From positions 287,370,001-287,434,000 of the forward strand of contig OZ024742.1 of NCBI GenBank assembly GCA_964016885.1: 64,000 nucleotides of DNA, read 5' to 3'. The position numbers and the translations under genes are program-made. Positions 44,501-58,237 of the stretch are shown piece by piece; the stretch's first letter is position 1; every line of letters begins with the position of its first letter. The DNA comes from Eledone cirrhosa. Taxonomy: Eukaryota. Under the pieces are notes generated by a model. It saw nothing but the letters and a program-made list of their open reading frames with translations, was not told the DNA's origin and searched no databases.

Positions 44501-45705
44501 TTCTGGAGAATAGAGGAAAGGTGTTTCCTCAAGGACCAGTATGACTCTAAGAACCGGTTTGTCTGTGTGTTTACATACAGAATGGCTGGACACTCACGGT
44601 AAAGTGACCAGTGAAAACTCGGTACATCTACATATGTACACGTGTGTGTATTCATATGCATACTAGTATTTCAGTATACATATGTGGATGTACATTTTTA
44701 ACTTAATTGTTTAGGCGTCAGTCATGCAAAAGTGAGTTACAAACGAAACGAAATTTAATTTCGTTTCGTTATTTGTTTTTATCGTCTCCGTTGAACCGGT
44801 ACGTACTCACGCTCTATGCAAATTGGTCTGCCCACTACTAATTTTCATAGAAAAAGCATATAACGATATGTGCTTTCACGATTCTCTAGAGAGGCCGGAA
44901 GATGGGTAAATGTTGCTGATGAGATGTAACAACATCGAAACTAGTCCAATATTCCTTGTCTGGCTTTCTGGAGAATAGAGGAAAGGTGTTTCCTCAAGGA
45001 CCAGTATGACTCTAAGAACCGGTTTGTCTGTGTGTTTACATACAGAATGGCTGGACACTCACGGTAAAGTGACCAGTGAAAACTCGGTACATCTACATAT
45101 GTACACGTGTGTGTATTCATATGCATACTAGTATTTCAGTATACATATGTGGATGTACATTTTTAACTTAATTGTTTAGGCGTCAGTCATGCAAAAGTGA
45201 GTTACAAACGAAACGAAATTTAATTTCGTTTCGTTATTTGTTTTTATCGTCTCCGTTGAACCGGTACGTACTCACGCTCTATGCAAATTGGTCTGCCCAC
45301 TACTAATTTTCATAGAAAAAGCATATAACGATATGTGCTTTCACGATTCTCTAGAGAGGCCGGAAGATGGGTAAATGTTGCTGATGAGATGTAACAACAT
45401 CGAAACTAGTCCAATATTCCTTGTCTGGCTTTCTGGAGAATAGAGGAAAGGTGTTTCCTCAAGGACCAGTATGACTCTAAGAACCGGTTTGTCTGTGTGT
45501 TTACATACAGAATGGCTGGACACTCACGGTAAAGTGACCAGTGAAAACTCGGTACATCTACATATGTACACGTGTGTGTATTCATATGCATACTAGTATT
45601 TCAGTATACATATGTGGATGTACATTTTTAACTTAATTGTTTAGGCGTCAGTCATGCAAAAGTGAGTTACAAACGAAACGAAATTTAATTTCGTTTCGTT
45701 ATTTG

Positions 45706-45712
<7 letters not shown>
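38504..45712. mobile_element. Retrozyme-like array: about 15.5 copies of a 465-bp HHR-containing monomer in two inverted arms (38504-41731, HHR on -; 41732-45712, HHR on +), inserted in (TA)n
   Basis: Exact 465-bp period, near-identical units, 7 + 8 HHRs, (TA)n on both sides and no coding potential. Confidence 0.92.
42115..42165 (+). ncRNA. Minimal type I hammerhead ribozyme (representative; repeats every 465 bp), predicted cleavage after C42156
   Basis: aatgttg-CTGATGA-GATGT.aaca.ACATC-GAAAC-ta-GTC-caatatt: complete core, stem I, stem II and palindromic stem III ACTAGT. Confidence 0.92.
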
Positions 45713-45746
<34 letters not shown>

Positions 45747-46814
45747 AGTAAAACAACGGAGTAAGGACTCGCGTATGTCTTATACCCCCTTTTAATGCTA
45801 AAGACTGTGCCCCTGACGACTTTTCTGAGTTTGCTGTGGTTTAATCTTAATCGATAGTGTGTGATTGATATTTGTTCACATAGATCGATTTTAAATCACA
45901 GCTAACAGTTAATGAAATGGCTCCATAAGGTCTCTTTTCATTCCATCTTGAATACATGTTCTTCTCTGTAATATGTATTTAGTATATGTACAATATACTG
46001 TGTCTTCTCTGGATATATATTTCTGTCTGTCTCTAGATAGGACGAAACATTGTCGGCTAATAAAAACTTTTGATGTATTAAAGGATTCTTTGTTTTACTC
46101 TCTTAATTTTTTGGCTCTGTTTCACTGCATTGAGCTATACCTTTTACTGTCATTTCTATAATACGAAGAGGGTGTTTGACTCAAACACGCTCCAGTATTC
46201 TAATCCTTCTAGATATATACATATATCTTCTAGTTTTGACTTAATATTGCTCTGGATACTGTCTATTGAGCTAATTTATTGAGAAGCACATAATTCAAAC
46301 ATATTCAATATGTTACATTTGTACACACACACACACACATACACACATATATATATATTCGTGCACACAAATATATGCTCACACATACAAACACATATAA
46401 CCCGAACCCAATCATATTATGAGGATAGTCAGTTCGGTGACCCACAACAATTTGTTTTGCTCTGACCTGAAGAGGGGTGTGCCCCGCCAGTTTTAATCTA
46501 CCCAAGACACCACCTCCATGATTCCATCAGGAGTTAAGGGCCTTTTACCTATGAGTGTATGTATATATAATACTCATGTATGTGTGTATGTTCTTCTGGT
46601 TTTATAATTTCACAAATTTTTACCAATAGAGAGAGAGTCGGTTTCTAACATAGACACAAGACTCTCTCATTGGAATTTACACAACATCAACTAGGTAAAT
46701 TAAGTGTGCATGCCTGCATGCATACATGTGTAGATATGGATGTTATTGTATGTGTGGATGTGGATGTTTTGAGTTGTATGTGTGCATGCTTTGTATCTGT
46801 ACATGTGTATATGC

Positions 46815-47432
46815 AGTTATTAGATGCAACATTTTTGGAATGTTTTACAAGTTTTTACTATTCCATTAATGGGTTGTACTTGTAATTTCCTAACTAGTTG
46901 TGTTCTCTCTGTTCCTGTGAAGCCTAGCTTCTCAAGATTTGTATTGAGGCAGTTACTAACATACCTCAGTGCCCCAATAATCACAGGCATAAATCTGAAG
47001 GTGTAATCAGGGTGGAGTATCTGCAGATTTCTCATCAGTTCTGCATAAATCTTTGATATTATATTGGCATCTGCTGGGCAGCTAACTTCCACTACTGTGC
47101 ATGCTTTCTTTTCCCTGTCCCATATCATAATATCTGGTCTGTTATGCCTGCACTTTATTGGGATTTTTACTGGAACATTCCTCCAGTACTTTTTCATATT
47201 ATGTATATGGATGTCTTCCACATTGCTGTAGCTTTTAATATGTTTATTATCGAGGCTATCTTTTCTACGGATTGCGTTGTACAGTGTTTTGGCCACTACA
47301 TCATGCCTCATAGGTAGATAGTACCGCGATGACATCTTTGGGCAGCTGCTGATGACATGGGTGACATCTTCGATGTCAATTCTGCAGAGTCTGCACTTGT
47401 TATCACATCTAGGTGTTTTGCCTGCATCCCTA
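46815..47432 (-). pseudogene. RLE-type non-LTR retrotransposon 3' fragment (R4/Dong-like) next to (TACA)n
   Basis: CCHC knuckle CRLC..EDVTHVISSC, RHD, RPDIMIWD..VEVSCPAD and PVIIGAL. Confidence 0.85.
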
Positions 47433-48542
47433 TCTGTATGTATGTATGTATGTATGTATGTATGTATGTATGTATGTATGAAGGGCATTGCTGTTGCATT
47501 TCCAGACGTCGAAGGTCCTCCTATGGTGCTGACATGCAGCGTCTGTGTATGTATGTATGTATGTATGTATGTATGTATGTATGTATGTACAAGAATGCAC
47601 ACTTGTGTCTGTATCAGCGATGGTGCATATATTTTCTGAAACAATATATTAGAATGTGAAAACATTAGTTCCGACCAAATATATTCAAGTATAACTTAGA
47701 GTAATTGTTCTATAGACAGGTGGCCACCCAGTTTCTGCTCTACGTAGAAAGAAACCTTCCATGGTACTCATAAAATCTCCATGACAATACGAATAATTTA
47801 GACAACGTTAACATACTAGCGGATGTTTATAATAAGCTTGATATAATTCTCTATGTTAAGAAAATTACACTTGTATGTTAATGTATGTACAGATTCGTAA
47901 CTTCTGATGGAGAAATGCTTTCGTGACATACATCCCGTCTCCAGATCTGAATAGAATCGATTTGTTTTCTTGCAGAGACGGAGAGTGGAGTGAGCGAACG
48001 ATAGAGAGGAATTGTAAGAAAGAGATATTGAGGAAGAATTGAACCCAGTATTGGACTGCTAGTTTTTTTTATCGACATCGAAAGAATGAATGTCAAAGCG
48101 TTCTATCTAATGTTCTAAACGACTCTGACAGTTCGCCATCTATGATAATTAACATAGTAATACCAAATGACTATGTTATGTAAAAGTAAGTTGAATTAAA
48201 TAGACTGTTTTTTTTAGGAAATGTATACAGGCTGTGTATACACACAGACACGCAGACAAACACACACGCGCGCGCGCACACATACACAGACACACATATA
48301 TATGTATGTGTGTTTGTGTTGGACATCCATCGGCTCCGACGTCGAGTGTTCTAGTTGATTCGATCACGGGACAGCTTGCACGCTAAATTAGAAATCCAGT
48401 GGTTGAGCATTTCATAGATATTTGTAACCTTAACTTAGTTCTCAGAGAGACACTTTAACCTCTTAGCTACCGGGAATCGAATGTTTGTGATAATACACAA
48501 CCACTTACATGAACATATCAAGAGGTTATCTCTAAAGGTGTG

Positions 48543-48832
48543 AAGGTGCGTGGCTTTCTGGTTAGGGTATTCGGCTCACGATCGTAAGGTCATGAGTTCG
48601 ATTCCCGGTGGCGCGCTGTATCCTTGAGCAAGAGACTTTATTTCATGTTGTTGCAGTCCACTCAGCTGGCAAAAATGAGTTGTAACTGTAATTGGCTGAA
48701 TTTCCCTGAGAATTAAGTTATAGGTAAGCGTGTTTGTGGAATGCTCAGCTACTTGCATGTTCATTTCACGAACAGGTTGTTCCGTTAATCGTATCAATTG
48801 GAACTCTCATCGTCGTAACCGACGAAGTACCG
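48543..48832 (+). mobile_element. tRNA-derived SINE family B; fragments on - at about 6095-6295, 25270-25590, 33040-33255, 48330-48450 and 62180-62280
   Basis: A box tggctttctggt, B box gagttcgattc, central ccttgagcaag..cagtccactcagctg, and tail catcgtcgtaaccgacg. Confidence 0.8.
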
Positions 48833-50058
48833 CTATTTCTAAAGATAGACATAGGCACGTTCCAGAAACTAGAAATACTAGAGTCTGTAAAAAGTAAATA
48901 ATTCTCTAAAGTATTTGTTAACATTAACTATTTGTATGCATGTTTTCTCACGGTAACATATTCCTTTTGATATAACAATTGTTTCTGATTTAGGCCCAGG
49001 GCCAACAATTTTGGGGGAGGGGAAAGTCAATTAAATCGACTCCAATGCATTACTGGTACTTTATTTTATCGACCCCGTAAGGATGAAAGTCACAGCTAAC
49101 CTCGGCGGGATTTGAACTCATCCTTTTGATATAATAATTATTTCTGATTTAGGCACAAAGTCAACAATTTTAGAGGAGGGGGAAATCAATGAAATCATCC
49201 GGAGTGCATTACTGGTATTTTATTTTATCGACCCCGTAAGGATGAAAGGCAAAGACAACCGGTGGGATATGAACCCAGAACGTAAAGGGCCGTAACTATA
49301 TACCACAAAGCATGTTCTCTAACGCTTTACTGACTCTGCCAATCTACCGACCTTAAATCCTTAATAATAAAAATAAACTCAACATCGATTTCCAACATAG
49401 ATTCATGACCACACATGTTTAGTGTATGGATGTAATATTGAAATGATACTTTATTCTATCGACCAAAATCGATATCGACTGTATCATGATATAAAGAGAA
49501 GTAAGATCACTTTCTTTATACATATATTTTATACCTCAATGAGAAATATGTCAATAAAAAAAAGGTGGTAGTGGTAGTGATAATTGACCCTACCCCGCCA
49601 CCTATACCTTTATGTCAATGTGACAAAATCGTTTTTACGGTGAACATACCCCTCCCAGTCGTTCAAATAGAAACTTCCCCAAACGAATAAAGTGAAAGAA
49701 ATGAGATTGTTTTTCATGCAGACAGTAATACGCTACCTTATTTCTTGGCCTAAATAATGTATTGAGAGTAAGGCCGTTCGTTTGGTCTTCTGCTGGGATT
49801 GGTAGGGGTATTGGGTTGCAAGATCACAAACCGGATATTTAACAAGGAAGTTTTATAGCGACGAACGCTGAAAAGAAAGCCACCTAAAAGCAATTGCGCG
49901 AAGTTTCGCTTGCGCATGCTCATACAGAAAGTGTTTCATCATCAATATTCTTCCCCCTCCCCCTCTCTCTACTCTCCCTCTTTTACTTTCCTTTTCCCCT
50001 ACTTCCTCTATCTACTTCTTTTATCCTTTTACTTCGCTTTCCTCTTCCCCCCCCTCTC

Positions 50059-50179
<121 letters not shown>

Positions 50180-51379
50180 TTATATGTAGGAGGTGAGTTG
50201 ATTTAAATGTTGATTTAAAACTGTTGATTTAAAACTTCACTATTCACAAGTGTTTTTTAAGCTTCATATCATGTATCCCTATTTTATCTGATGAGAACGC
50301 AGATACCATCCCATGATGATATTTGTTTTTGAAATGCACATAATAAAATACTTGGAACTCTTTTAACCATCTTTTGATCTTATATTATATATTTATATGT
50401 ATATATATATATGTATATATGTATGTACACACACGCACACACACACACATATATATATATATATCCTTCTCTCCCTCTCTCCCTCTCTCTATCATTTCTC
50501 ACCACCCCCGTTTTTTTTCTTTTCTTTATTTATTTCCTCTCGGTCTGTCTACTTCTCTACCTCTTTATCATTTTATCCCCCCTTCCCTTGTTTGTAACTT
50601 TTGAACCCTCCTTCCGAACTTATCCCACCTTACAACAACAACAACAACAACACCAACAACAACAACAATAACAACACCAACAACGATAATGACGATGACA
50701 TCAATAATAACCATTTAGCAATCTTCTATCGCTTTTCTCCTACTTTGGCTCTCTCTCTCTCTCAAAAACATATCTCTTCCTCTATAGACTATTCAATCTC
50801 TCTCCCCCCTCTCTCTCTGTCTAACCCTCCAGCCCACTTGCTCTCATTCCCTCTAAATATTTCCCGCTTTCGCTATTGTCCCCCTCTCTCCTCTCAATCG
50901 CACGCTCTCATTTTTATTTTTTCTGTGATTCACGACCTCTTACCCCATACCTCCCTCTCTCTTTATTTGTGTCTCTTTCCATAGATTCTCTCTCTCTCTC
51001 CCTCTCTCTCTCTCTTTTGGTTTACTTTCTGTTAGTCTCTTTCTCCTCTCACTTTCATCGCCCACCTTCCTCGCCTCAGCACCCCAGCTTATTGCGCAGT
51101 AAACAAATCCTCATATGAAGTCTGTGGGAGACAAATAGAGAATTACGAAAGAACATTATACCTCACCCACCTCAGCCCCTTCACCGCAACCACCACTCCC
51201 CCATCTATCACCCCACCATCACGACCGCTGCACACATAGACACAAACGCAAACATGAATGTTTCAATACACATAGTACGTTCATATCCATAAATTCAAAT
51301 AAGCTACACACACTCATATATATAAACAAATGCACACTTAATTAACAAATGATACAATTTTTGTGCACTATATAAGCTG

Positions 51380-51414
<35 letters not shown>

Positions 51415-51439
51415 GAGCATGTTTCAATGTTTGTGTTTG

Positions 51440-51471
<32 letters not shown>

Positions 51472-52306
51472 TGTATGTATGTATGTATGTATGTATGTAT
51501 GTATGTATGTATGTATGTATGTGTGCATATATGTATGCATCAATGTATGTATGTATGTATGTATGTATGTATGTATGTATGTATGTATGTATGTATGTAT
51601 GTATGTATGCATGCATGTATATATGCATGTATGTATGTGTTTATGCATGTATGTATGTTAGGTTGCTTTTGGGAGCTACTCGTAACATGTGACCTAGTAC
51701 AACTTGTTTCTATAGTCGGGTCGTCGGCAACTAAACTGGCACACCCTATCCCCATAAGCCTGCTTAGTAATGAGGGTGATTTTTAGACACCCAGCAGGAG
51801 AATAAACGAAACTCGTCAAGGGACGGTGGAACCAATGAAAGTGAATGTTCATCCAATAATGTGTGTATATGCTTGGGCATATTTATGTGTATTTAAAAGT
51901 TTATCTAAATATACGTGTTAGAAAGATACTCTTGAAATCTGATGTGTTTGAAATCTCTGACCATCTTGATCTGTGTTTGTTTAATGACTTCAATAATTTA
52001 GAGTGTGATTCTTATGATGCACAAGCATTTGTCACGTAGAAAATATGTGTAGGCACTTTTTGCACCTATATTCGTTTTAATGTTTTAACCACTTTTCCAG
52101 GGCCGAATTTAATGGGTGGGCGGGGGGGGGGGGGGCGTAAAGGAGCCAATTGCCCCAGGTCCCTTGCAGTGGAGGGTCCCACCAGCAACAGCCATACCAA
52201 TTTATTCGTGTCCTCTATCTATCTATCTACCTACCTACCAATCAATCAGTTTATTTCTATCTCTGTCTGTCTTTCTCTCTCTACCTATCTATCTATCACA
52301 GACACA

Positions 52307-52361
<55 letters not shown>

Positions 52362-52489
52362 TAGATAGTGAAATAATTTTCAAATCCTCTGCTGCTTGTA
52401 AACGAAGCTAATTTTCAAACAAAGTTAAGTTCTGTATCTTATATATGTATATATGTATATTATATATGTATATATGTATATATATTCGA

Positions 52490-52735
52490 AAGTAATGTGT
52501 TTTAATATATCCCACACGGGTAAAAATATAGGAAAATGAAGTTGAAATGCAATTGGAGTCTTTAAGAAGGTTTATTTACAATAGTTTATAACTTTTCTGG
52601 TTTCACAAGTTTCATGATTTTCAAAAGTTAAGATGGAGAGATGTGTCGCTATGTTGATTTGTAACAGTTGCCTTTTCAACTTCTTTTTCCCATATTTTTA
52701 CCCATGTGGGATATATTAAAATACCTTACATGAGA

Positions 52736-52738
<3 letters not shown>
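52490..52738. mobile_element. Degenerate fold-back pLTR insertion in (TA)n
   Basis: Inverted arms ttttaatatatcccacacgggtaaaaatat..gaagttgaaa / tttcaacttc..atattttta.cccatgtgggatatattaaaa. Confidence 0.65.
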
Positions 52739-52773
<35 letters not shown>

Positions 52774-52897
52774 ATGTGCGTGCACTCGCGCGAGAATATG
52801 CATATACGTATATGCATAAATATGTATATGTATGCATAATATGTATGTATGTATATTCATGTATGTTTATGCATGTATATATATATATATATATATA

Positions 52898-53117
52898 GTG
52901 GTAGAACACTGGAAGGTAATATCCGTAGTGGTAGAGCACTCAGTCCATGGGACGAGTTAGGTAGAAGTGGTTACACAACAATTAGTTCACCATACCGAGA
53001 ACAATTGTTTCACCTTAGCGGATCCTCAGCTCGTAATGGACATGGTTATACTAGCTGAGGATCTGCTAAGGCGAAACAATTGTTCTCGGTATGGTGAACT
53101 AATTGTGTAACCACTTC

Positions 53118-53120
<3 letters not shown>
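52898..53120. mobile_element. Fold-back pLTR with HHRs at 52996-53033 (-) and about 53052-53089 (+)
   Basis: Reverse complement cgag-CTGAGGA-tCC.gctaa.GG-t-GAAAC-aatt-GTT-ctcg; arms of about 68 bp plus a tail. Confidence 0.8.
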
Positions 53121-53201
<81 letters not shown>

Positions 53202-53359
53202 GGTGTGTATATATGTATATTTATTAAAATAACAGATGAAAGTTAAACTTTAATCTGTTATTTTAATAAATTTTGCTCTACGGTTTTATATATATTATAT
53301 ATATATATATTATCCTTATCGAGCACTCTTCGGATTTTAGTCTTCACATTTATTATTAT

Positions 53360-53462
<103 letters not shown>

Positions 53463-53508
53463 CGTATATATGTGTGTGTATATATATATACATATATATA
53501 TGTATATA

Positions 53509-54675
53509 TAAACAATTAAGTTAAAGTGTACATCTACATATGTATACGGAAGTACTAGTATGCATATAAATACACACATGTATACATATGTACATGTACC
53601 GAGTTTTTCACTAGACACTTTACAGTGAGTGTCCAGCTAGTCTGTATGTAAACAAACAGACGAACCGGGTTTTAAAGTCATACGAGTTTTCAAGGAAACA
53701 CACTTCCTCTATTCTCCAGAGAGCCAGACAGGAATATTGGACTAGTTTCGATGTTATTACATCTCATCAGCAATATATACCTATCTTCCGGCTTCTCTGG
53801 AGAATTGTAAAAGCACATATCGTTATATGCTTTTTCTATGAAAATCAGTAGTGGGCAGACTAATTTGCATAGAACGTGAGTCATTGTACGCGCCGGTTCA
53901 GCGGAAACGATAAAAACAAATAACGAAACGAAATTAAATTTCGTTTCGCTTCTAACTCACTTTTGTTTACATACATCTAACTCGTCTGTTTGTTTACATA
54001 CAGACTAGCTGGACACTCACTGTAAAGTGTCTAGTGAAAAACTCGGTACATGTACATATGTATACATGTGTGTATTTATATGCATACTAGTACTTCCGTA
54101 TACATATGTAGATGTACACTTTAACTTAATTGTTTAAGCGTCAGTCATACAAAAGTGAGTTAGAAGCGAAACGAAATTTAATTTCGTTTCGTTATTTGTT
54201 TTTATCGTTTCCGCTGAACCGGCGCGTACAATGACTCACGTTCTATGCAAATTAGTCTGCCCACTACTGATTTTCATAGAAAAAGCATATAACGATATGT
54301 GCTTTTACAATTCTCCAGAGAAGCCGGAAGATAGGTATATATTGCTGATGAGATGTAATAACATCGAAACTAGTCCAATATTCCTGTCTGGCTCTCTGGA
54401 GAATAGAGGAAGTGTGTTTCCTTGAAAACTCGTATGACTTTAAAACCCGGTTCGTCTGTTTGTTTACATACAGACTAGCTGGACACTCACTGTAAAGTGT
54501 CTAGTGAAAAACTCGGTACATGTACATATGTATACATGTGTGTATTTATATGCATACTAGTACTTCCGTATACATATGTAGATGTACACTTTAACTTAAT
54601 TGTTTAAGCGTCAGTCATACAAAAGTGAGTTAGAAGCGAAACGAAATTTAATTTCGTTTCGTTATTTGTTTTTAT
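53509..54675. mobile_element. Second, diverged retrozyme insertion (470-bp monomer; about 1 unit on -, about 1.5 units on +); HHRs at 53730-53782 (-) and about 54333-54385 (+)
   Basis: Colinear with the 465-bp unit and has the same termini. atattg-CTGATGA-GATGT.aata.ACATC-GAAAC-ta-GTC-caatat. Confidence 0.92.
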
Positions 54676-55019
54676 GTATATATATTTATTTATTAAAAGA
54701 ACAGATTAAGGTTTAAGCAAAGAATCGCTGCTTTCCCCTTAACGGGATTTTAGTCTTCACATTTATTATTACTATATATAGATACACAAACACACGCATG
54801 CACATACATACATATTCATATACTGTATATATACAAAAACGTTCCTCCCGTGATCAGCCGATCTTACATATACAAAATGGCTGGCAATAACATGAAACCA
54901 AGAAAAAAGTGTCTTAAAAAAATTGCCTTAAAAAAATTGCCTTTTGGTTTAATGTACTTGATTATTCATCAAAATCTGAATGATTTTTCGTAAATATTTT
55001 TTGATAAAATTCTTATGTG

Positions 55020-55785
55020 GTCAGAACTTATCGGTAGAGCGTCAGACACCATGCTTTGCAGCTTAGATTTATGGCCCCTTTCGCTCTGAGTTCAAATCCC
55101 ATCGAGATTAACTTTGCCTTTCATCTTCGATAAAATAAAGCACCAGTAATGCACTGGGGTAATTGCTGGCCTTGTGCCAAAAGTAGAAACAATTATTATT
55201 GTTATCTTTCAAGATTGTTGCATGAGCTTTCAGTTATCCAAGTTCAGTTATTCATAAAATATATAGACAATTATATAAAAAAAAAATGAATTATTTTCAG
55301 TTTCATTAATTGCTTTCATATTTGTGCTGACATTGTAGTTGCTTTCATATTTGTCGTGGTGTTAGGGCGGTGGATTGGCAGTATCGGTAGAGCGCCGGAC
55401 AACATGCTTTGCGACATACAGTTTCGGCCCTTTACATTCTGGGTTCTAATCCTGCCGGTTAACATTGCGTTTCAGCCTTACGAGGTCGATAAAAAAAAAA
55501 GTATCAGTAAAGCACTGGGGCTCGATTTAATCGACTTTCCCCTCACCCACAAAACATTGTTGGCTTTGTACGTAAATTAGAAACCATTATTTATGGGTGG
55601 ATTGGCAGTATCGGTAGAGGGTCGGACGCCATGCTTTGACGCATAGAGTTACGGCCCTTGCCATTCTGAGTTCAAATCCCGCCGGGGTTAACTTTGCCTT
55701 TCATCTTTACGGGGTCGATAAAATAAAGTACCAGTAATACACTGGGTAATTGCTGGCCTTGTGCCTAACGTAGAAACAATTATTT
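55020..55785 (+). mobile_element. Cluster of three family-A SINEs
   Basis: Three A-box/B-box/core units starting near 55020, 55365 and 55595. Confidence 0.8.
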
Positions 55786-56074
55786 ATGGTGATGTATTTG
55801 TGGTGATGTAGTTGCTTGGTTTTTTTGGTGATTTTGTAATTACATTATGATTTAGTGGGAATATTGTAGTTGCTTTCTCATATTTATTTCTAGTTTTTGG
55901 AATTTTGTGTGTTCCAGTTTATTATATTAAATGTAAGCATAAAACATTTCCAGGAGTGTCCAATGCTCTTATCTCACTTTTCGAGTTCAGTTCGTATTTT
56001 CTCTTTAACAACAGAAGAGTAAAACATTGCACTCAAATACTGTTTGTAGAGTCAAAATTATATATATATAGATA

Positions 56075-56509
56075 TACTAATAGGCCCGTCCGGCTGGCGC
56101 TCGGCTAGGTATACCTGCCCCCACCACTCCACTGCAAAGATACCACACACCCTCCTGTGTCACATTGTCCTTCCGACTATCTCTCTCTCTCTCTCTCTCT
56201 CTCTGAATAACTAACACTTTAATTGTATCTCTCTCTGTCTAACGGCTGTCTAACGGCCTATCTCTCTCCTTCCCCCCCCCTCTGTTTTTCTGTCTCTCTA
56301 TGAAGATGTGTGTGTGTAGTTTTCCTAATCTTTCTCTCTCTCTCTCTCTTTCTCTCTCTCTCACTCTCTCTCTCTCTATGTGTATATATTGAAGAGAGAT
56401 ACGGAAACTAAAACAGTGTTGTCATGTAGAGTGAATAGCGACAGAGAGAGTAAAGCAGTTAAATTATAGAGAAGGGGAATGATCTTACATACATACATAT
56501 AAAGTATAC

Positions 56510-56582
<73 letters not shown>

Positions 56583-56676
56583 TGTTTGTGTATGTGTGTA
56601 TGTGCATGTGTGTGTCTGTGTGTTTTGATTTGATGTTATCCGGCAATTGGCGAAATCAGGTGTGAAAGTATGTCTA

Positions 56677-56733
<57 letters not shown>

Positions 56734-58237
56734 TATGCGAGCGACGACAGAAAAAGTGTGTGGGATACATACATTATTATATTTGTCTGTATTGAGAGCG
56801 GTGAATTGGCAGTATCGGTAGAGGGTCGGACGCCATGCTTTGCAGCATAGAGTTACGGCTCTTTATGATCTAAGCTCAAATCCCGCCGAGGTTAACTTTG
56901 CCTTTCATCCTTATGGGGTCGATAAAATAAAGTACCAATCACGCACTGGGGTCGATTTAATCGACTTTCCCCTCCCCCCAAATTACTGGCCTTGTGCTTA
57001 TATAAGAAACCATTATATTTGTCTGTATTATCGTTCTGCAACCATACCTGCTTGCCCGTCCCTCTGTTTCGCTTTCCCTGTCTCCCTCTCTCTCCTCTCT
57101 CCTCTCTCTTTCTTTAGATGTGTGTGTGTAGTTTTCCTAATCTGTCTCTCTAAGAGGGTTGCCTTTTGATGTATGTATTACCTGCTTGTGTGTTGACCCA
57201 ATTTGAAGGAGGTTATCCTTTTGAAATAAACATACATACGGCGCTCATCTCTATGTTGATATATGATATAAATAATGGGATTGATGAGTTAATATCTGTA
57301 TACAATAACTACAACGGTACGTGATGGGGCCCACCCACAGCTCCGGTGGACAGAATGGAGAAAGCGTTTCACCGGAGGACGGCAAGGGAGACGCGCTGGA
57401 AAAGCCACTCCAACTCACACCTGCGGCTGGCCAGCTCAGCACCTATGGTGGTGAATAAGGAGGTAGCCCTGGGGCCGAGGACACCAGAAGTCTCCACTGC
57501 CAGGGATACGACCGCAAACCTGTCGGAGAACGACCGGTATTTGAGGAGTTTGGCCTCCTCAGCCCGACGTGCAGCAAAACCTGGTTATATATTGATATAT
57601 TGAAGGTAGATACGGAAAGTAAAAGAGTGTTGTCATATAGAGAGTGAAGAGAGACAGAGAATAAATCAGTTAAATTATAGAGAGGGTGAAAGAGGGAGAG
57701 AGAGATAGAGAGACGACGCTCAGCTTTATAATATTAGAGAGTGACAGAGAGACAGAGAGAGTAAAGCAGTTAAATTATAGAGAGGGGGAATGATCTATTA
57801 TAGAGAGAGGGAAGAGCGACGGAGAGAGTAAAGCTAAAAAACTATAGGGAGGTGTGTAGGATACATACGTGTTGACCGAAATTACATACGACGCTAATCT
57901 CTACGGAAAGTAAAAGAGTGTTGTCATATAGAGGATGAAGAGAGACAGAGAATAAAGCAGTTAAATTATAGAGAGGGTGAAAGAGGGAGAGAGAGAGAGA
58001 GAGAGAGAGCGAGAGCGAGAGCGAGAGAGAGAGAGAGAGAGACGACGCTCAGCTTTATAATAATTGAGAGTGAAGAGCGACAGAGAGAGTAAAGTACTTA
58101 AATTATAGAGAGGGGGAATGATCTATTATAGAGAGAGGGAAGAGCGACGGAGAGAGTAAAGCTAAGAAACTATAGGAAGGTGTGTAGGATACATACATAA
58201 TACATACACATGACACTCAGCTTTATAATATTATAGA
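56075..58237 (-). mobile_element. Composite non-autonomous Helitron-like element with nested SINE and CRE fragment
   Basis: Minus-strand start TCTATAATATTATAAAGCTGAG, GC-rich terminal stem then TTAG near 56075, and internal tandem duplications at about 57600-58200. Confidence 0.55.
57265..57587 (-). pseudogene. CRE-like retrotransposon 3' end; a short 3' copy also at about 5800-5850 (+)
   Basis: Reverse complement PGFAARRAEEAKLLKY..LAVETSGVLGP..WLFQRVSLAVLR*NAFSIL. Possible TSD tat(g/a)ttgatatat at 57252-57264 and 57588-57600. Confidence 0.8.

Noticed and set aside
38556-45591. Repeated 60/61-aa ORFs in the 465-bp array as a tandem gene family
   Set aside because: No recognisable domain, antisense to the HHR, and disrupted by indels in the 470-bp variant while the RNA structure is kept.
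38504-45712. Array as a fold-back sequencing or assembly chimera
   Set aside because: The arms are unequal and out of register, the flanks are not mirrored, and a diverged locus has the same layout. The exact unit number still needs read support.
49860-49930. Host promoter (TGCGCATGC site)
   Set aside because: A single motif with no supporting exon or gene nearby.
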